Origin: an uncultured bacterium
Lineage (GTDB): Bacteria; Zhuqueibacterota; QNDG01; DSAB01
Direction of reading: 5' to 3'
DNA: 64,000 nt
Assembly: GCA_964537715.1 (NCBI GenBank)
Contig: CAZIAH010000007.1
Coordinates: 2,734-66,733, forward strand
Below are positions 32,225 to 42,664 of the stretch, in pieces. The notes beneath the pieces were generated by a model, which worked only from the letters and a program-made list of their open reading frames with translations, was not told the origin of the DNA and ran no database searches. How positions within the stretch are numbered: position 1 is the first letter of the stretch; each line of letters opens with the position of its first letter. Made by a program: the position numbers and the translations under genes.

Positions 32225-32899
32225 TTAATGGATATCTAACTCCTGCTTGGATTTATTTTTTCGTATCACTTTGGCCGGTACTCCGTAAGCCACAACACCA
32301 TTCGGAATATTGCTCACAACAACTGAACCGACTCCAATCAGCGAATTCGAACCGATGTGTATATTCGCTCTTACCGTTGAACCGATCCCTACCCACGTTC
32401 CCCGCCCTATTTTGACTCTTCCTCCCAGATGAACACCGGGAGCGATGTGAACTCCGTCTTCTATTATAGACTCATGCCCGACGCTGGCACTGGTGTTAAT
32501 GATGACATTCTCACCAATGATAGCACCCGGATTCACAACACTTTGCGCCACAATCACCGTCCCTGCTCCAACTGAAGCATCAGTAGCCACGATTGCCGAG
32601 GGATGAATAGCCGTGGATAGAGAAAATCCCAACTTTAGAACCAATCTGGACAATTCTATTCTCGCATTGCAATCGCCAAATCCAAGAACAATGCGGTCAA
32701 CACCTTGTTCACGAAGCAGACTCAATTGTTCCCTGCCCCCCAAAACCTTGCACCCGCAGAATTCAAAATTCTTGCGATCAGGGTGGATATCATCCAAAAA
32801 ACCAACAATCTCATGCTTTCCCCGCAAACGAATGATGTCTGCAATGACCAATGCATGACCCGAAGCACCCCAAATGACCAACTTCTTTTTCGTACTCAT
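32225..32899 (-). CDS. NeuD/PglD-family sugar N-acyltransferase
   Basis: IWGASGHA Rossmann-like domain, hexapeptide repeats with SVGHE, YGVPAK. Confidence 0.88.
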   Translation of the reverse strand: MSTKKKLVIWGASGHALVIADIIRLRGKHEIVGFLDDIHPDRKNFEFCGCKVLGGREQLSLLREQGVDRIVLGFGDCNARIELSRLVLKLGFSLSTAIHPSAIVATDASVGAGTVIVAQSVVNPGAIIGENVIINTSASVGHESIIEDGVHIAPGVHLGGRVKIGRGTWVGIGSTVRANIHIGSNSLIGVGSVVVSNIPNGVVAYGVPAKVIRKNKSKQELDIH

Positions 32900-33001
32900 A
32901 TATTTTTATTTTTTTCTGTAAGTTAATGCATCAGTTCAATCACATCAACTCATTCTTTTGCTAACACTTTTGACTGTGCAGTTGTTGAATTGAATTTATT
33001 G

Positions 33002-34207
33002 TCATTTTTTTGTAAGTTTCATCCTGCGACACAGCTCGGAACCATTTTCTACAGCCAATCTCAGAATCCAGCAGATTTTATGGATCTCATTTTGACCAAT
33101 TGCCATACCCGTAGGCAGAGTCAATACTTTCTTGATAAGTTGCTCTGTACAGAACAAATTCTTTCCTGCGTCCGGGAACAGTGAACGATAGGGTTCCATC
33201 TTGTGGCATCCGGGAAAAAAATAGCGGCGTGCTAAAACATTTTCAGCATGCAAAATCTCAATTAACTGATCCCGGTTTATTTTTGTGATGTTCTCATCAA
33301 TTTCACAAACAATATACTGGTAGTTACATTTCTGGTTTTCATCATAATCAATCAATAGGATTCCCTGAACCTCCTTAAGTTCAGATTGGTATTGTCTATA
33401 ATTTCGATAATTGACATTGATATAATCTTCAATGTTTTCGAATGAAGTCAATCCCATTGCTGCAGATATCTCATTCATTTTCCCATTGGTTCCAACAGAA
33501 ATAACACGATCATAACCCTGAAACCCGAAATTGTTCATCAGTCGAATTTGCGCCGCCATTGCATCGTTATTGGTAGTGACGGCCCCTCCCTCAAACGTAT
33601 TAAAAAATTTGGTCGCATGAAAACTGAATATTTCTGCATCCCCAAACTGGCCGATCATTTTTCCATGATACGAACAGGCAAAGGCATGGGCAGCATCAAA
33701 CAAAAGTTTCAGATGATGCCGTTGGGAGAAATCTACCAATGCATCCACATCACAGGGCCGCCCCCATGTGTGCACACCGATGATACCGGTTGTATGAGGA
33801 GTAATTATTTTCTTTAGTCGATAGGGATCGATATTGTGTGTCGTCGGGTCTATGTCACAAAAAACAGGTGTAATTCCCTGCCATTGGAGCGCATGCGCTG
33901 TAGCGATAAAAGTAAAAGAAGGAACGATCACTTCACCAGTCAGTCCGGCGGCTCTTATTGCAATTTCCAGAGCTAAGGTACCGTTGCACATTGCAATGCA
34001 ATGTTTGGCACCAACCATTGCAGCAATCTTATTTTCCAACTCCTGAACATAGATACCGTTATTGGTAAACCAGCACCGTTCAAAAATATCAGTCAACCTT
34101 TCGATCAAATGCTTGAAATTTCCTGGATTGGGACGGCCGATATGCAGTTTTTCAGAAAAAGCCGGGTTGGCCCCAAAAATAGCAAGGTCTTCGAGTCTGT
34201 TTTTCAA
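33002..34207 (-). CDS. DegT/DnrJ sugar aminotransferase (VioA/DesI-like, NDP-4-keto-6-deoxyhexose)
   Basis: LHIGRPN, DAAHAF, SFHATK (PLP Lys), EGGA, GTNGKM, RRYFFPGCH. Confidence 0.88.
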   Translation of the reverse strand: MKNRLEDLAIFGANPAFSEKLHIGRPNPGNFKHLIERLTDIFERCWFTNNGIYVQELENKIAAMVGAKHCIAMCNGTLALEIAIRAAGLTGEVIVPSFTFIATAHALQWQGITPVFCDIDPTTHNIDPYRLKKIITPHTTGIIGVHTWGRPCDVDALVDFSQRHHLKLLFDAAHAFACSYHGKMIGQFGDAEIFSFHATKFFNTFEGGAVTTNNDAMAAQIRLMNNFGFQGYDRVISVGTNGKMNEISAAMGLTSFENIEDYINVNYRNYRQYQSELKEVQGILLIDYDENQKCNYQYIVCEIDENITKINRDQLIEILHAENVLARRYFFPGCHKMEPYRSLFPDAGKNLFCTEQLIKKVLTLPTGMAIGQNEIHKICWILRLAVENGSELCRRMKLTKK

Positions 34208-34243
34208 CTCAGCCTCTTTACTGAACGAAACGATAGCAATTTT

Positions 34244-35866
34244 TCAAGATCGATGCAGGTATATTTTAAACTCGTCAAGTGATTCATAATAATCATAGTC
34301 ATTCAAATACTTATCCCACCAGCCACTTTGCTTTAAATATTCGTAAATACAAAATCCCTGTGGGCATGCCGTACACTTTCCCACAGCATGAATAAAAAGA
34401 ATCTTGGGCTGATGATTGAGTACATCTTCTCCTAACTCTTCAAGAAATTGCTTTTCCTCTTTTGTCCAGTTTGATTCGGTACGATATGGGAAAGAGCCAT
34501 CTTCATTTTTCTTGACTCCTTCGTAAATCATGGCTATGGGAGAAGACGTGACATATCTTGACCCAGGAAACCGGTTTGCATAAAGCAGTGTGGGATAGAC
34601 GGGAATCATAGCGGTTGTAATAAAAATCACTGTATCTTCGGTTTGAGAATTTTGCTCAATCACATTCAAAAATTCAGACAGAAACGGATAACGCCTGTCA
34701 CTGAGAGCAAAGGTTCTCATCCCGTCTTGAAAATATTTAAAATTTATAAAAACAAACAGTACGAATAATGACACGAACCGTACAAAACGATACATCGATT
34801 CATGCATATGAAAAAAAAATTTCAAATTTTCCAGTAAAATCAATATGATCATCATCCAAAATATAATAAACAATGCAATAAATGGAAAAAAGTGATTTTG
34901 AAATCCTTTGTGTTGAAAAACATAAATGCCATATCCAGCAAGCATTGAAATGAAGAGGCTTTCGACTAACATTTTGTGGCTTGTTGCCTTTATTCGAATA
35001 AAAACAAACGCCAGAAAGCTTCCAATAAAAATGACCCACGTTTTAAAAACCGAAAAGAAATACAAGGCTCTGAATCTTGAGGTATTATACACATCATAAT
35101 GTGATCGGATAAACGGAATCCATCTGTAAAAAAATGCGTTGAACATGGATTTGGGTATCAGTAAAAAATGCAAAAGATAAGCAAAACCAAGGCACACAGC
35201 AACAAAAATTTCAGGTGCGAACAGGCATCGCCAATTTCTTGTTCGAAGAAGCAACCAGATTTCCATCACAACTGCAATAAAGACAAAATGCGGTTTTAAC
35301 AGTGTGAACAACGACATCATCAATCCAACGACAACAGCAAGCATCAAAGGAAATGATTTTCCCCGATAGCGTGCTTCACGTAAGAAAACAAAAGGCAGAT
35401 AGCCCAGAATAAAAAGATGTTCACGTTGACCATAATGTCCCCATGACAACGATGTGAAGGAGATCAATAGAATGGCGATGCTTATCACGACTGGGGATAC
35501 AAGGGATTTAAACAGATCCGATTTTAATAGGATCAAATAAACAAAAATTGACGAAACGATGGTCACAAAGGTAACTGTGCAATAAAAAGACAATGGAATA
35601 CTAATTTTCAGAATAGAGGAAAGAATGACGGGAAATACATGTAAGTAATTTGCCAACGGAGGATTGACTCCACTAAAATCAACGTAAGGAATGGCACCCT
35701 TTAAAAGAAGTTGTGCCGATTGTAGGAAATAGGCACAATCGTGATGAACTTTGATACCTGAAAAAAGAATTAAATAAATAAGCCCAAAAACACCTGTAAA
35801 AAAAGTCAAGACTGCTAAAAACCAAATCGTTTTATGTTCAATACCCGTTTGATCTTCCGAAATCAT
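34244..35866 (-). CDS. Polytopic membrane protein, probable GT-C fold glycosyltransferase
   Basis: About 11-12 hydrophobic segments; first loop HHD...PYVDF...NPP, GQREH and LKP motifs; soluble C-terminal domain. Confidence 0.65.
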   Translation of the reverse strand: MISEDQTGIEHKTIWFLAVLTFFTGVFGLIYLILFSGIKVHHDCAYFLQSAQLLLKGAIPYVDFSGVNPPLANYLHVFPVILSSILKISIPLSFYCTVTFVTIVSSIFVYLILLKSDLFKSLVSPVVISIAILLISFTSLSWGHYGQREHLFILGYLPFVFLREARYRGKSFPLMLAVVVGLMMSLFTLLKPHFVFIAVVMEIWLLLRTRNWRCLFAPEIFVAVCLGFAYLLHFLLIPKSMFNAFFYRWIPFIRSHYDVYNTSRFRALYFFSVFKTWVIFIGSFLAFVFIRIKATSHKMLVESLFISMLAGYGIYVFQHKGFQNHFFPFIALFIIFWMMIILILLENLKFFFHMHESMYRFVRFVSLFVLFVFINFKYFQDGMRTFALSDRRYPFLSEFLNVIEQNSQTEDTVIFITTAMIPVYPTLLYANRFPGSRYVTSSPIAMIYEGVKKNEDGSFPYRTESNWTKEEKQFLEELGEDVLNHQPKILFIHAVGKCTACPQGFCIYEYLKQSGWWDKYLNDYDYYESLDEFKIYLHRS

Positions 35867-35978
35867 TCTGTCACTGCCTGCAACTATTGATAAATTTTGG
35901 TCTTATTTTTTAATTCACATCCAAAATATAACAATTTCTCTCAATGTCAAGTATAAACTGGTTGAATTGATTTCGAGA

Positions 35979-36551
35979 TTAACTGTGGCTATTGCTTAAA
36001 AAGTTTTTCAGCAAATCCTTGCCGACATCTGTGAGGATGGATTCTGGATGAAATTGCACACCTTCAATGGAATATTGCTTATGCCGGATGCCCATGATCA
36101 CTCCATTCTCCGTCTGTGCAGAAATCTCGAAGCAATTCGGAAGAGTTTCTTTTTCGACGATCAGAGAGTGATAACGTGTAGCTGTAAACGGATTCTCTAT
36201 ATTTCGATACAAGCCTTTCTGATCATGATAAATCTGGGCAATTTTCCCATGAACAACTTCCCGGGCCCGGACAACATTTCCTTCAAATGCCATCGCAATG
36301 GATTGGTGGCCTAGACAGACACCGAGAATCGGAACCTGTCCGCTAAACGCACGAATGACATCGATCGAGATGCCGGCTTCCTTGGGTGTACAGGGGCCCG
36401 GCGAAATGATAATCGCTTTGGGGTGGCTCTTCCCCACATCTTCAACACCAATCTCGTCATTGCGAAATACTTTGAGTTCTTCCCCCAATTCACCCAGATA
36501 TTGAACCAAATTATATGTAAATGAATCGTAATTATCGATCACGACGATCAT
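35979..36551 (-). CDS. trpG: Anthranilate synthase component II
   Basis: IDNYDSFTYN, SPGP, GVCLGHQ, FHPES. Confidence 0.93.
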   Translation of the reverse strand: MIVVIDNYDSFTYNLVQYLGELGEELKVFRNDEIGVEDVGKSHPKAIIISPGPCTPKEAGISIDVIRAFSGQVPILGVCLGHQSIAMAFEGNVVRAREVVHGKIAQIYHDQKGLYRNIENPFTATRYHSLIVEKETLPNCFEISAQTENGVIMGIRHKQYSIEGVQFHPESILTDVGKDLLKNFLSNSHS

Positions 36552-36552
36552 T

Positions 36553-37941
36553 TCATCCTCCTGTCATTTCCACGGCATGTATCAGTGCCCGTGCCTTGTT
36601 GAGGGTTTCCTGATATTCCTTTTCCGGTATAGAATCCGCTACAATGCCGGCACCTGCCTGAATGAATCCCTGTTTCTGTTTGATCACAATTGTTCGAATA
36701 GCAATGCACATATCCAAATTTCCTGAAAAATCAAAATATCCAATCGATCCCGCATAAATGTTCCGCTTGATCGTTTCCAGTTCATTGATAATCTCCATGG
36801 CCCGAACTTTAGGCGCTCCGGAAACCGTTCCTGCCGGAAACGAAGTAGCCAGTACATCGAATGCATCAAAAGGAGATTTTAATTGTCCGACGACATTGGA
36901 GACAATATGCATCACCTTCGAATAGCGTTCGATTTGCAGCAAATCTGTAACACGGACGGTGCCATACTGACAAACCCGCCCGATATCGTTTCTTGCAAGA
37001 TCGACGAGCATGATATGTTCGGCACATTCCTTTTCGTCCTTTAAAAGTTCTTTTTCGTGGTTTCGATCTTCTTGGACACTCCGGCCTCTCGGACGTGTTC
37101 CGGCAAGAGGTCGCGTGGTGACCTGATCTCCTAAAAGTTTTACCAATATTTCTGGTGACGATCCCAACACATAGTGATCCTTCAAATTCAAATAGTACAT
37201 GTAGGGCGAGGGATTGGTCAATCGAAGCGCTTTGTAGACGGTAAAAGAATCTGTGTGCAGTCGGAAACCAAATCGCTGAGACAGCACCACCTGAAAAATA
37301 TCACCGGCAAGAATATATTCCTTGGCCTGTTTGACGATTTGGCAGAAATCTTTCTCCGAAAAGTTGGACTGCAAATTCAATTTCCCATTTTCTTCTTGAA
37401 ACCTTGGATTTCGAATATCGCCGACACAGGTTTCAATAATCCTTTTCAGTTGATGCAGTCGATCTTGACTTCCTTGTTCGGAATAGACGATAATATCCAC
37501 GGTTTTTTCTTTATGATCAAAAACAACGACTTCGGATGGGAACATGAAAAAACTGTCAGGGGTACCCAATTCATCCGGATTGGTGTGTGCCACTTTTTCG
37601 AAAAAAGGAATCATATCATACGCCATATATCCGACAGCACCCCCGCTAAAGGGTGCAATGGCAGGATAATTTTTGTGCTGATTGAGCAACTCTCTTAAAA
37701 CAGAAACCGGGTTTCCCTTTTGATGAGTGACAATACCGTTTGATTGAATCGTCATCGTATCGCTTTGACTTTTGAAAATTTGAAACGGATGGGCACCGAT
37801 AAATGAATATCTCCCCCGTTTTCCGAGACTCTCTAACGATTCGTAGAGAAAACTGTACGGCTCTTCTCGGTAGAGTTTCTCATAGGCCAAAATCGGGCAG
37901 AATTCCTGCTCCAGACGAATATGATCGTATTTCAGATTCAT
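36553..37941 (-). CDS. trpE: Anthranilate synthase component I
   Basis: FLYES, NPSPYMY, PLAGTRPRG, EHIMLVDLARND, GTVSGAPK. Confidence 0.93.
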   Translation of the reverse strand: MNLKYDHIRLEQEFCPILAYEKLYREEPYSFLYESLESLGKRGRYSFIGAHPFQIFKSQSDTMTIQSNGIVTHQKGNPVSVLRELLNQHKNYPAIAPFSGGAVGYMAYDMIPFFEKVAHTNPDELGTPDSFFMFPSEVVVFDHKEKTVDIIVYSEQGSQDRLHQLKRIIETCVGDIRNPRFQEENGKLNLQSNFSEKDFCQIVKQAKEYILAGDIFQVVLSQRFGFRLHTDSFTVYKALRLTNPSPYMYYLNLKDHYVLGSSPEILVKLLGDQVTTRPLAGTRPRGRSVQEDRNHEKELLKDEKECAEHIMLVDLARNDIGRVCQYGTVRVTDLLQIERYSKVMHIVSNVVGQLKSPFDAFDVLATSFPAGTVSGAPKVRAMEIINELETIKRNIYAGSIGYFDFSGNLDMCIAIRTIVIKQKQGFIQAGAGIVADSIPEKEYQETLNKARALIHAVEMTGG

Positions 37942-38720
37942 GATGCACTCCGTTCACTTTGGGTTGCCTTTTTGAATTGTTCGACCAAACCTGACAGATT
38001 TTCCCTTTCCTTGATGGCCTGGATGAACCGGCTTCCAATAATCACACCATCGACTTTCCCGGCAAGTGTTTTGACATGTTCCGGGGTCGAAATCCCGAAT
38101 CCGACGGCAAGCGGTCGACGGGTAATCATTTTCATTTTTGTGATTAAATCAAACAGTTCATCTGGCAATTGGTTTCTGACACCAGTCGTCCCCGTAATAC
38201 TGATACAATAAATAAATCCTGTAGATTTTTCGGCCACGAATTTCATCCGTTCTTCAGTCGATGTGGGCGTGACAAAAAAGATCAAATCGATCTCAGACTG
38301 TTTTGAAAGCTGAATCCAGTCTTCCGATTCTTCAATCGGCAGATCGGGAACAATCAAGCCAGAAATATTCACTCTTTTTAAATCCTGGAATAACCTTTCT
38401 TTCCCGTATGCAAGCAGAGGATTGATATAGGACATCATAACCAGCGGACAAGAGAGAGAAAGTTTTTGGATTTCGCTAATAATTTTCTCAAGCGTCACAC
38501 CGCTTTCTAATGCAATCTGGGAGGCCTCCTGAATAATCGGACCATCCGCAATCGGGTCTGAAAATGGAATCCCCACTTCGATAATATCCGCACCAGCCTC
38601 TGAAAGCATTTGTATATTTTTCATGGAGTTCTGTAATGAAGGAAATCCGCCGGTCGTGTATGCGATGAGCACGGTTTCGTTCTTTTGTTTGAGTTCATCA
38701 AATTTTTGAGATAGTTTCAT
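37938..38720 (-). CDS. trpA: Tryptophan synthase alpha chain
   Basis: [28 protein letters not shown]. Confidence 0.96.
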   Translation of the reverse strand: MKLSQKFDELKQKNETVLIAYTTGGFPSLQNSMKNIQMLSEAGADIIEVGIPFSDPIADGPIIQEASQIALESGVTLEKIISEIQKLSLSCPLVMMSYINPLLAYGKERLFQDLKRVNISGLIVPDLPIEESEDWIQLSKQSEIDLIFFVTPTSTEERMKFVAEKSTGFIYCISITGTTGVRNQLPDELFDLITKMKMITRRPLAVGFGISTPEHVKTLAGKVDGVIIGSRFIQAIKERENLSGLVEQFKKATQSERSAS

Positions 38721-39898
38721 ACCAGCCCCTCTACGATTTCGAGATCCTTGTCGCCTCTTCCAGACAAATTGATGATCATAATTTGCTGGTCATCCAAAGT
38801 CGAAATCACTTTCAAAGCATGTGCAACGGCGTGTGCACTTTCCAAAGCGGGAATAATTCCTTCAGTTTCGCATAAGATTTTAAAACCTTCCAAAGCCTCT
38901 TTATCTGTGACTGAGACATATTGTACCCGGCTGCTCTCTTTGAGATATGCATGCTCCGGCCCCACACCCGGATAATCCAGACCGGCCGAAACAGAATGGG
39001 CTTCCATGATCTGTCCATCTGCATCTTGAAGCAGATAGCTCATGGCACCATGGAGCACGCCCGGCGTTCCCTGGCACAATGAAGCCCCGTGCTTTTGCGT
39101 TTCGATACCCAATCCTCCGGCTTCCACACCGATCATTTCAACATCCTCTTTAAGAAAAGGATAAAACAGACCCATGGCATTGCTTCCTCCACCCACACAG
39201 GCAATCAGAATATCAGGTAATTTTCCTTCGACCTGCTTGATTTGATCTCGAACTTCTTTGCCAATCACCGACTGGAATTCTCGTACAATCATCGGATAAG
39301 GATGTGGGCCAACCACAGAACCGATACAATAATAGGTATTTCTAACATTGGTCACCCAGTCCCGGATCGCTTCGTTGATTGCATCTTTGAGTGTACTGGA
39401 ACCCGAATTCACGGGGATGACTTTGGTACCAAGCAATTCCATGCGAAAGACATTCATTCTTTGACGTTTTATATCTTCGGAACCCATATAAACCACGCAT
39501 TCCATATCAAACAGCGCACAGGCGGTTGCCGTGGCCACACCATGTTGTCCTGCACCTGTCTCTGCAATAATCCGCTTCTTTCCCATTTTTTTGGCCAGCA
39601 AAACCTGCCCAATCGTATTGTTGATTTTATGTGCGCCCGTGTGCGCCAGATCCTCCCGTTTTAAATAAACTCTGACTCCTTTTTTATTTCGACTCAAACG
39701 TTCGGCGAAATAGAGCGGAGTCGGTCTTCCAACATATTGCTTTAAGTAACCTTTTAACGTATCTTGAAAGGTTTGATCCTGCTCAATAAATTTGTATTCT
39801 TCTTCCAATTCGTTGATCGCGCCCATGAGTGTTTCAGGTACAAATCGCCCCCCAAATTTCCCCCAGTACCCATGACTATCCGGTAAAACAGCTTTCAT
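38717..39898 (-). CDS. trpB: Tryptophan synthase beta chain
   Basis: [32 protein letters not shown]. Confidence 0.97.
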   Translation of the reverse strand: MKAVLPDSHGYWGKFGGRFVPETLMGAINELEEEYKFIEQDQTFQDTLKGYLKQYVGRPTPLYFAERLSRNKKGVRVYLKREDLAHTGAHKINNTIGQVLLAKKMGKKRIIAETGAGQHGVATATACALFDMECVVYMGSEDIKRQRMNVFRMELLGTKVIPVNSGSSTLKDAINEAIRDWVTNVRNTYYCIGSVVGPHPYPMIVREFQSVIGKEVRDQIKQVEGKLPDILIACVGGGSNAMGLFYPFLKEDVEMIGVEAGGLGIETQKHGASLCQGTPGVLHGAMSYLLQDADGQIMEAHSVSAGLDYPGVGPEHAYLKESSRVQYVSVTDKEALEGFKILCETEGIIPALESAHAVAHALKVISTLDDQQIMIINLSGRGDKDLEIVEGLV

Positions 39899-40494
39899 TG
39901 AACCTCCTCTATAAATCGTTTGACCTTTTCAGGATCCTTTTTCCCTACTGTTTTCTCCACACCAGAAGAAACATCCACGCCGTAGGGACTTAGTAGCTTC
40001 ACCACACGGCCCACATTTTCTGGAGTCAAACCACCCGCTATAATAATTGGAAAATCAATATCTTTTGCAATGTTCCAATCAAATGTCTTTCCGCTTCCGG
40101 CCCCCGGATCGAGCAAAAATGCAGAAACCGAATAGGACTTCATTCTGCTAACCAGTATTTCCGAAGTATCATTTTCACTGACGTGAATTCTCTTAATAAT
40201 CGATTTGTTTATTTTATGACAATAATCCGGCGATTCATTCCCGTGCAGTTGAACCACATCAATTCCAGTAAAAGTAGCTACTTCATCAACATACTTGAGT
40301 GAAACATCCATAAATACGCCAACTGACGTAACAAAGGGGATTAATTGTTTAATGATATACTTTGCACTATCAGGATCGATTTGTCTTGGTGACTTTGTAA
40401 ATATGAATCCAAGTGCATCAGCACCATATTCAACCGCCATGCACGCATCTTCCAGATTGGTAATGCTGCAAATCTTGACTCGTGTTCTCATCAT
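39895..40494 (-). CDS. trpF: Phosphoribosylanthranilate isomerase
   Basis: [26 protein letters not shown]. Confidence 0.94.
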   Translation of the reverse strand: MMRTRVKICSITNLEDACMAVEYGADALGFIFTKSPRQIDPDSAKYIIKQLIPFVTSVGVFMDVSLKYVDEVATFTGIDVVQLHGNESPDYCHKINKSIIKRIHVSENDTSEILVSRMKSYSVSAFLLDPGAGSGKTFDWNIAKDIDFPIIIAGGLTPENVGRVVKLLSPYGVDVSSGVEKTVGKKDPEKVKRFIEEVQ

Positions 40495-41270
40495 GCATCC
40501 TCATCCAGTAAAAGACTTTGAAGTTTTTCACCAATATCATTTGCCCGCATGAGGGGTTCGCCAATCAACACCCCGTCAAATCCGGCTTTCCTGAGCAGAC
40601 CAATATCATCTTTTGTATCGATTCCACTTTCACTAACTGTGAGAATTCGATCCGGAATTTTCTTTTTTAGTCTTTCGGAAGTATGCAAATCGACCTGAAA
40701 TGTCTTCAAATTGCGGTTGTTGATGCCAATAATTTCGGGATCGGCCTCGAGTACCCCTTCAAGTTCCTCTTCCGTATGCACTTCGACCAGGCAACGCATT
40801 CCCGTTTTCCCTGCGATTTCCTGAAAACCGATCAGCTCCTGTTTATTCAGTACGGCAGCAATCAGCAGAATCGCATCCGCACCAATCGCACGGGATTCGT
40901 AAATCTGATAAGAATCGATAATAAATTCTTTTCTGAAAACAGGAATTCGAACGGCTTTTTTAACTAGAGTGAGATACTCCTGTTTGCCCCCGAAATAATA
41001 GGTATCCGTCAGTACAGAAATCGCACTAACTCCGGATTTCTCATAAATCAGAGCAATCTTTTTGGGATCAAAATCTTTTCGAATCAAACCGGCTGAGGGA
41101 GATTTCCTTTTAATCTCGGCGATAATTGAAATCCCTGTTTTTTGTAGTGCTTTTTTAAAATCACGGATTTCAGGAACGGGCAACTGCATCAATGTATCCA
41201 GTGGAACTGCCTTTTTTCGTCTCTCAATTTCCTGCTTTTTCCGCTGAACAATTTCATCGAGTATCGTCAC
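40491..41270 (-). CDS. trpC: Indole-3-glycerol phosphate synthase
   Basis: IAEIKRKSPS, LVEVH, GINNRNL, SESGI. Confidence 0.95.
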   Translation of the reverse strand: MTILDEIVQRKKQEIERRKKAVPLDTLMQLPVPEIRDFKKALQKTGISIIAEIKRKSPSAGLIRKDFDPKKIALIYEKSGVSAISVLTDTYYFGGKQEYLTLVKKAVRIPVFRKEFIIDSYQIYESRAIGADAILLIAAVLNKQELIGFQEIAGKTGMRCLVEVHTEEELEGVLEADPEIIGINNRNLKTFQVDLHTSERLKKKIPDRILTVSESGIDTKDDIGLLRKAGFDGVLIGEPLMRANDIGEKLQSLLLDEDA

Positions 41271-41279
41271 GGCTGCCTC

Positions 41280-42293
41280 TTATTCATTGGTCATTTTCTT
41301 GAGTTTTTCAAGCCGTTCGAGTGCTTCCCCCGAATCGATGGATTCTTTGGCTTTGTATATGCCATCCTGAATGGAATCCGCATGTCCACCGACATAAATT
41401 ACGGCTCCGGCATTGATCAGCACAAAATCTCTTTCGGGTCCTTCTTTTCCATCTAAAATCCGAATTGCGATTTCGGCATTTCGATCCGGATCGCCTCCTT
41501 TTAACTGATCGGAAGAAATGGATTTCAATCCTACATTTTCGGGTTCCAGATTGTATTTTTGGATATTGCCCTTTTTGAGTTCATAAACCGTGGTTTTTCC
41601 GGTCAATGTAATTTCATCCAATCCATCCTCTCCATGAACAACCATCACATGTTCCGATCCCAATTTTTGCAGGGTAGTCACCATCGATTCCATGATGTTT
41701 TCATCGAATACACCCAAAAGCTGCCGTTTTGCACCGGCCGGATTGGTCATAGGACCGAGTATATTGAAAATCGTTCGCACGCCCATTTCCCGCCTGGGAC
41801 CGATGGCATATTTCATGGCATTGTGAAGCTTCGGAGCAAAAAGAAATCCGATCCCGTTTTCATCGATACATTGTCCTACTTTTTCAGGGCCGACTTCGAC
41901 ATTGACGCCCAATTTCATGAACAAATCAGCGCTTCCGCATTGGCTGGACACCGAACGGTTTCCATGTTTGGCAACACTGCATCCTGCGCCTGCTGCCACA
42001 ATCGCACTGATCGTCGAAACATTGAATGTTCCGCTGCAATCACCTCCGGTACCACAGGTATCGACCAGATTTTGGTTCATGCATGGGATTCGTGTCGCCT
42101 TTTCCCGCATGGCCTGAACAAACCCCGTGATCTCGTCAATGGTTTCCCCTTTCAGACGCAACCCGATGAGCAATGCACCGATTTGCGCATCCGTGGCATT
42201 GCCGCTCATGATACCCAATGCGATATTGTATGCCTGTTCCTGTGTTAACGATTTGGAGTCCACAACAGATTGAATTGCTTCTTTGATTTCCAT
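41280..42293 (-). CDS. trpD: Anthranilate phosphoribosyltransferase
   Basis: DTCGTGGD, KHGNRSVSS, RTIFNILGP, GLDE. Confidence 0.96.
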   Translation of the reverse strand: MEIKEAIQSVVDSKSLTQEQAYNIALGIMSGNATDAQIGALLIGLRLKGETIDEITGFVQAMREKATRIPCMNQNLVDTCGTGGDCSGTFNVSTISAIVAAGAGCSVAKHGNRSVSSQCGSADLFMKLGVNVEVGPEKVGQCIDENGIGFLFAPKLHNAMKYAIGPRREMGVRTIFNILGPMTNPAGAKRQLLGVFDENIMESMVTTLQKLGSEHVMVVHGEDGLDEITLTGKTTVYELKKGNIQKYNLEPENVGLKSISSDQLKGGDPDRNAEIAIRILDGKEGPERDFVLINAGAVIYVGGHADSIQDGIYKAKESIDSGEALERLEKLKKMTNE

Positions 42294-42413
42294 TCTCGCC
42301 TCCTGAGTTTTATTTCAAGATGATGAATACTAATGGATTACTAAAACTTTGTTATCCGATACCACTCTTATTTCCCCTGAGAGGGGAAATATATTGTGGC
42401 TTCGCTTTATAAT

Positions 42414-42445
42414 AAAAAAAAGTCGTGAGTTGATTCCCACGACTT
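42414..42445 (-). terminator. Second (distal) trp leader terminator
   Basis: Minus strand AAGTCGTGGG-AATCAA-CTCACGACTT followed by a T-run. Confidence 0.8.
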
Positions 42446-42453
42446 GATTACAT

Positions 42454-42491
42454 AAAAAAGGTGGGATCAACCTGCGGGTTTCCCACCTTTT
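42454..42491 (-). terminator. trp attenuator terminator (3:4 hairpin)
   Basis: Minus strand AAAAGGTGGGA-AACCCGCAGGTTGA-TCCCACCTTTTTT. Confidence 0.85.
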
Positions 42492-42521
42492 GAATTTTTA
42501 AAATATTATAGTGGCGGGGCC

Positions 42522-42599
42522 CTATAACCAGCACCACCACCAGTTTAAATTAAGATTTTCTTTTTTGATATTATCCATTTTCATCTGTACAAATTCCAT
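42522..42599 (-). CDS. trpL: trp operon leader peptide
   Basis: Read by hand: MEFVQMKMDNIKKENLNLNWWWCWL-stop, four Trp codons. Alternative starts at 42584 and 42578. Confidence 0.9.
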   Translation of the reverse strand: MEFVQMKMDNIKKENLNLNWWWCWL

Positions 42600-42620
42600 T
42601 TGTTTCACAATTGGTTGAAT

Positions 42621-42649
42621 ATTATACGAAATGTTTTTTTTAAAGTCAA
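42621..42649 (-). promoter_or_regulatory. Sigma70 promoter of the trp operon
   Basis: TTGACT-N17-TATAAT. Confidence 0.85.
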
Positions 42650-42664
42650 GTCAAAAAACATAAA

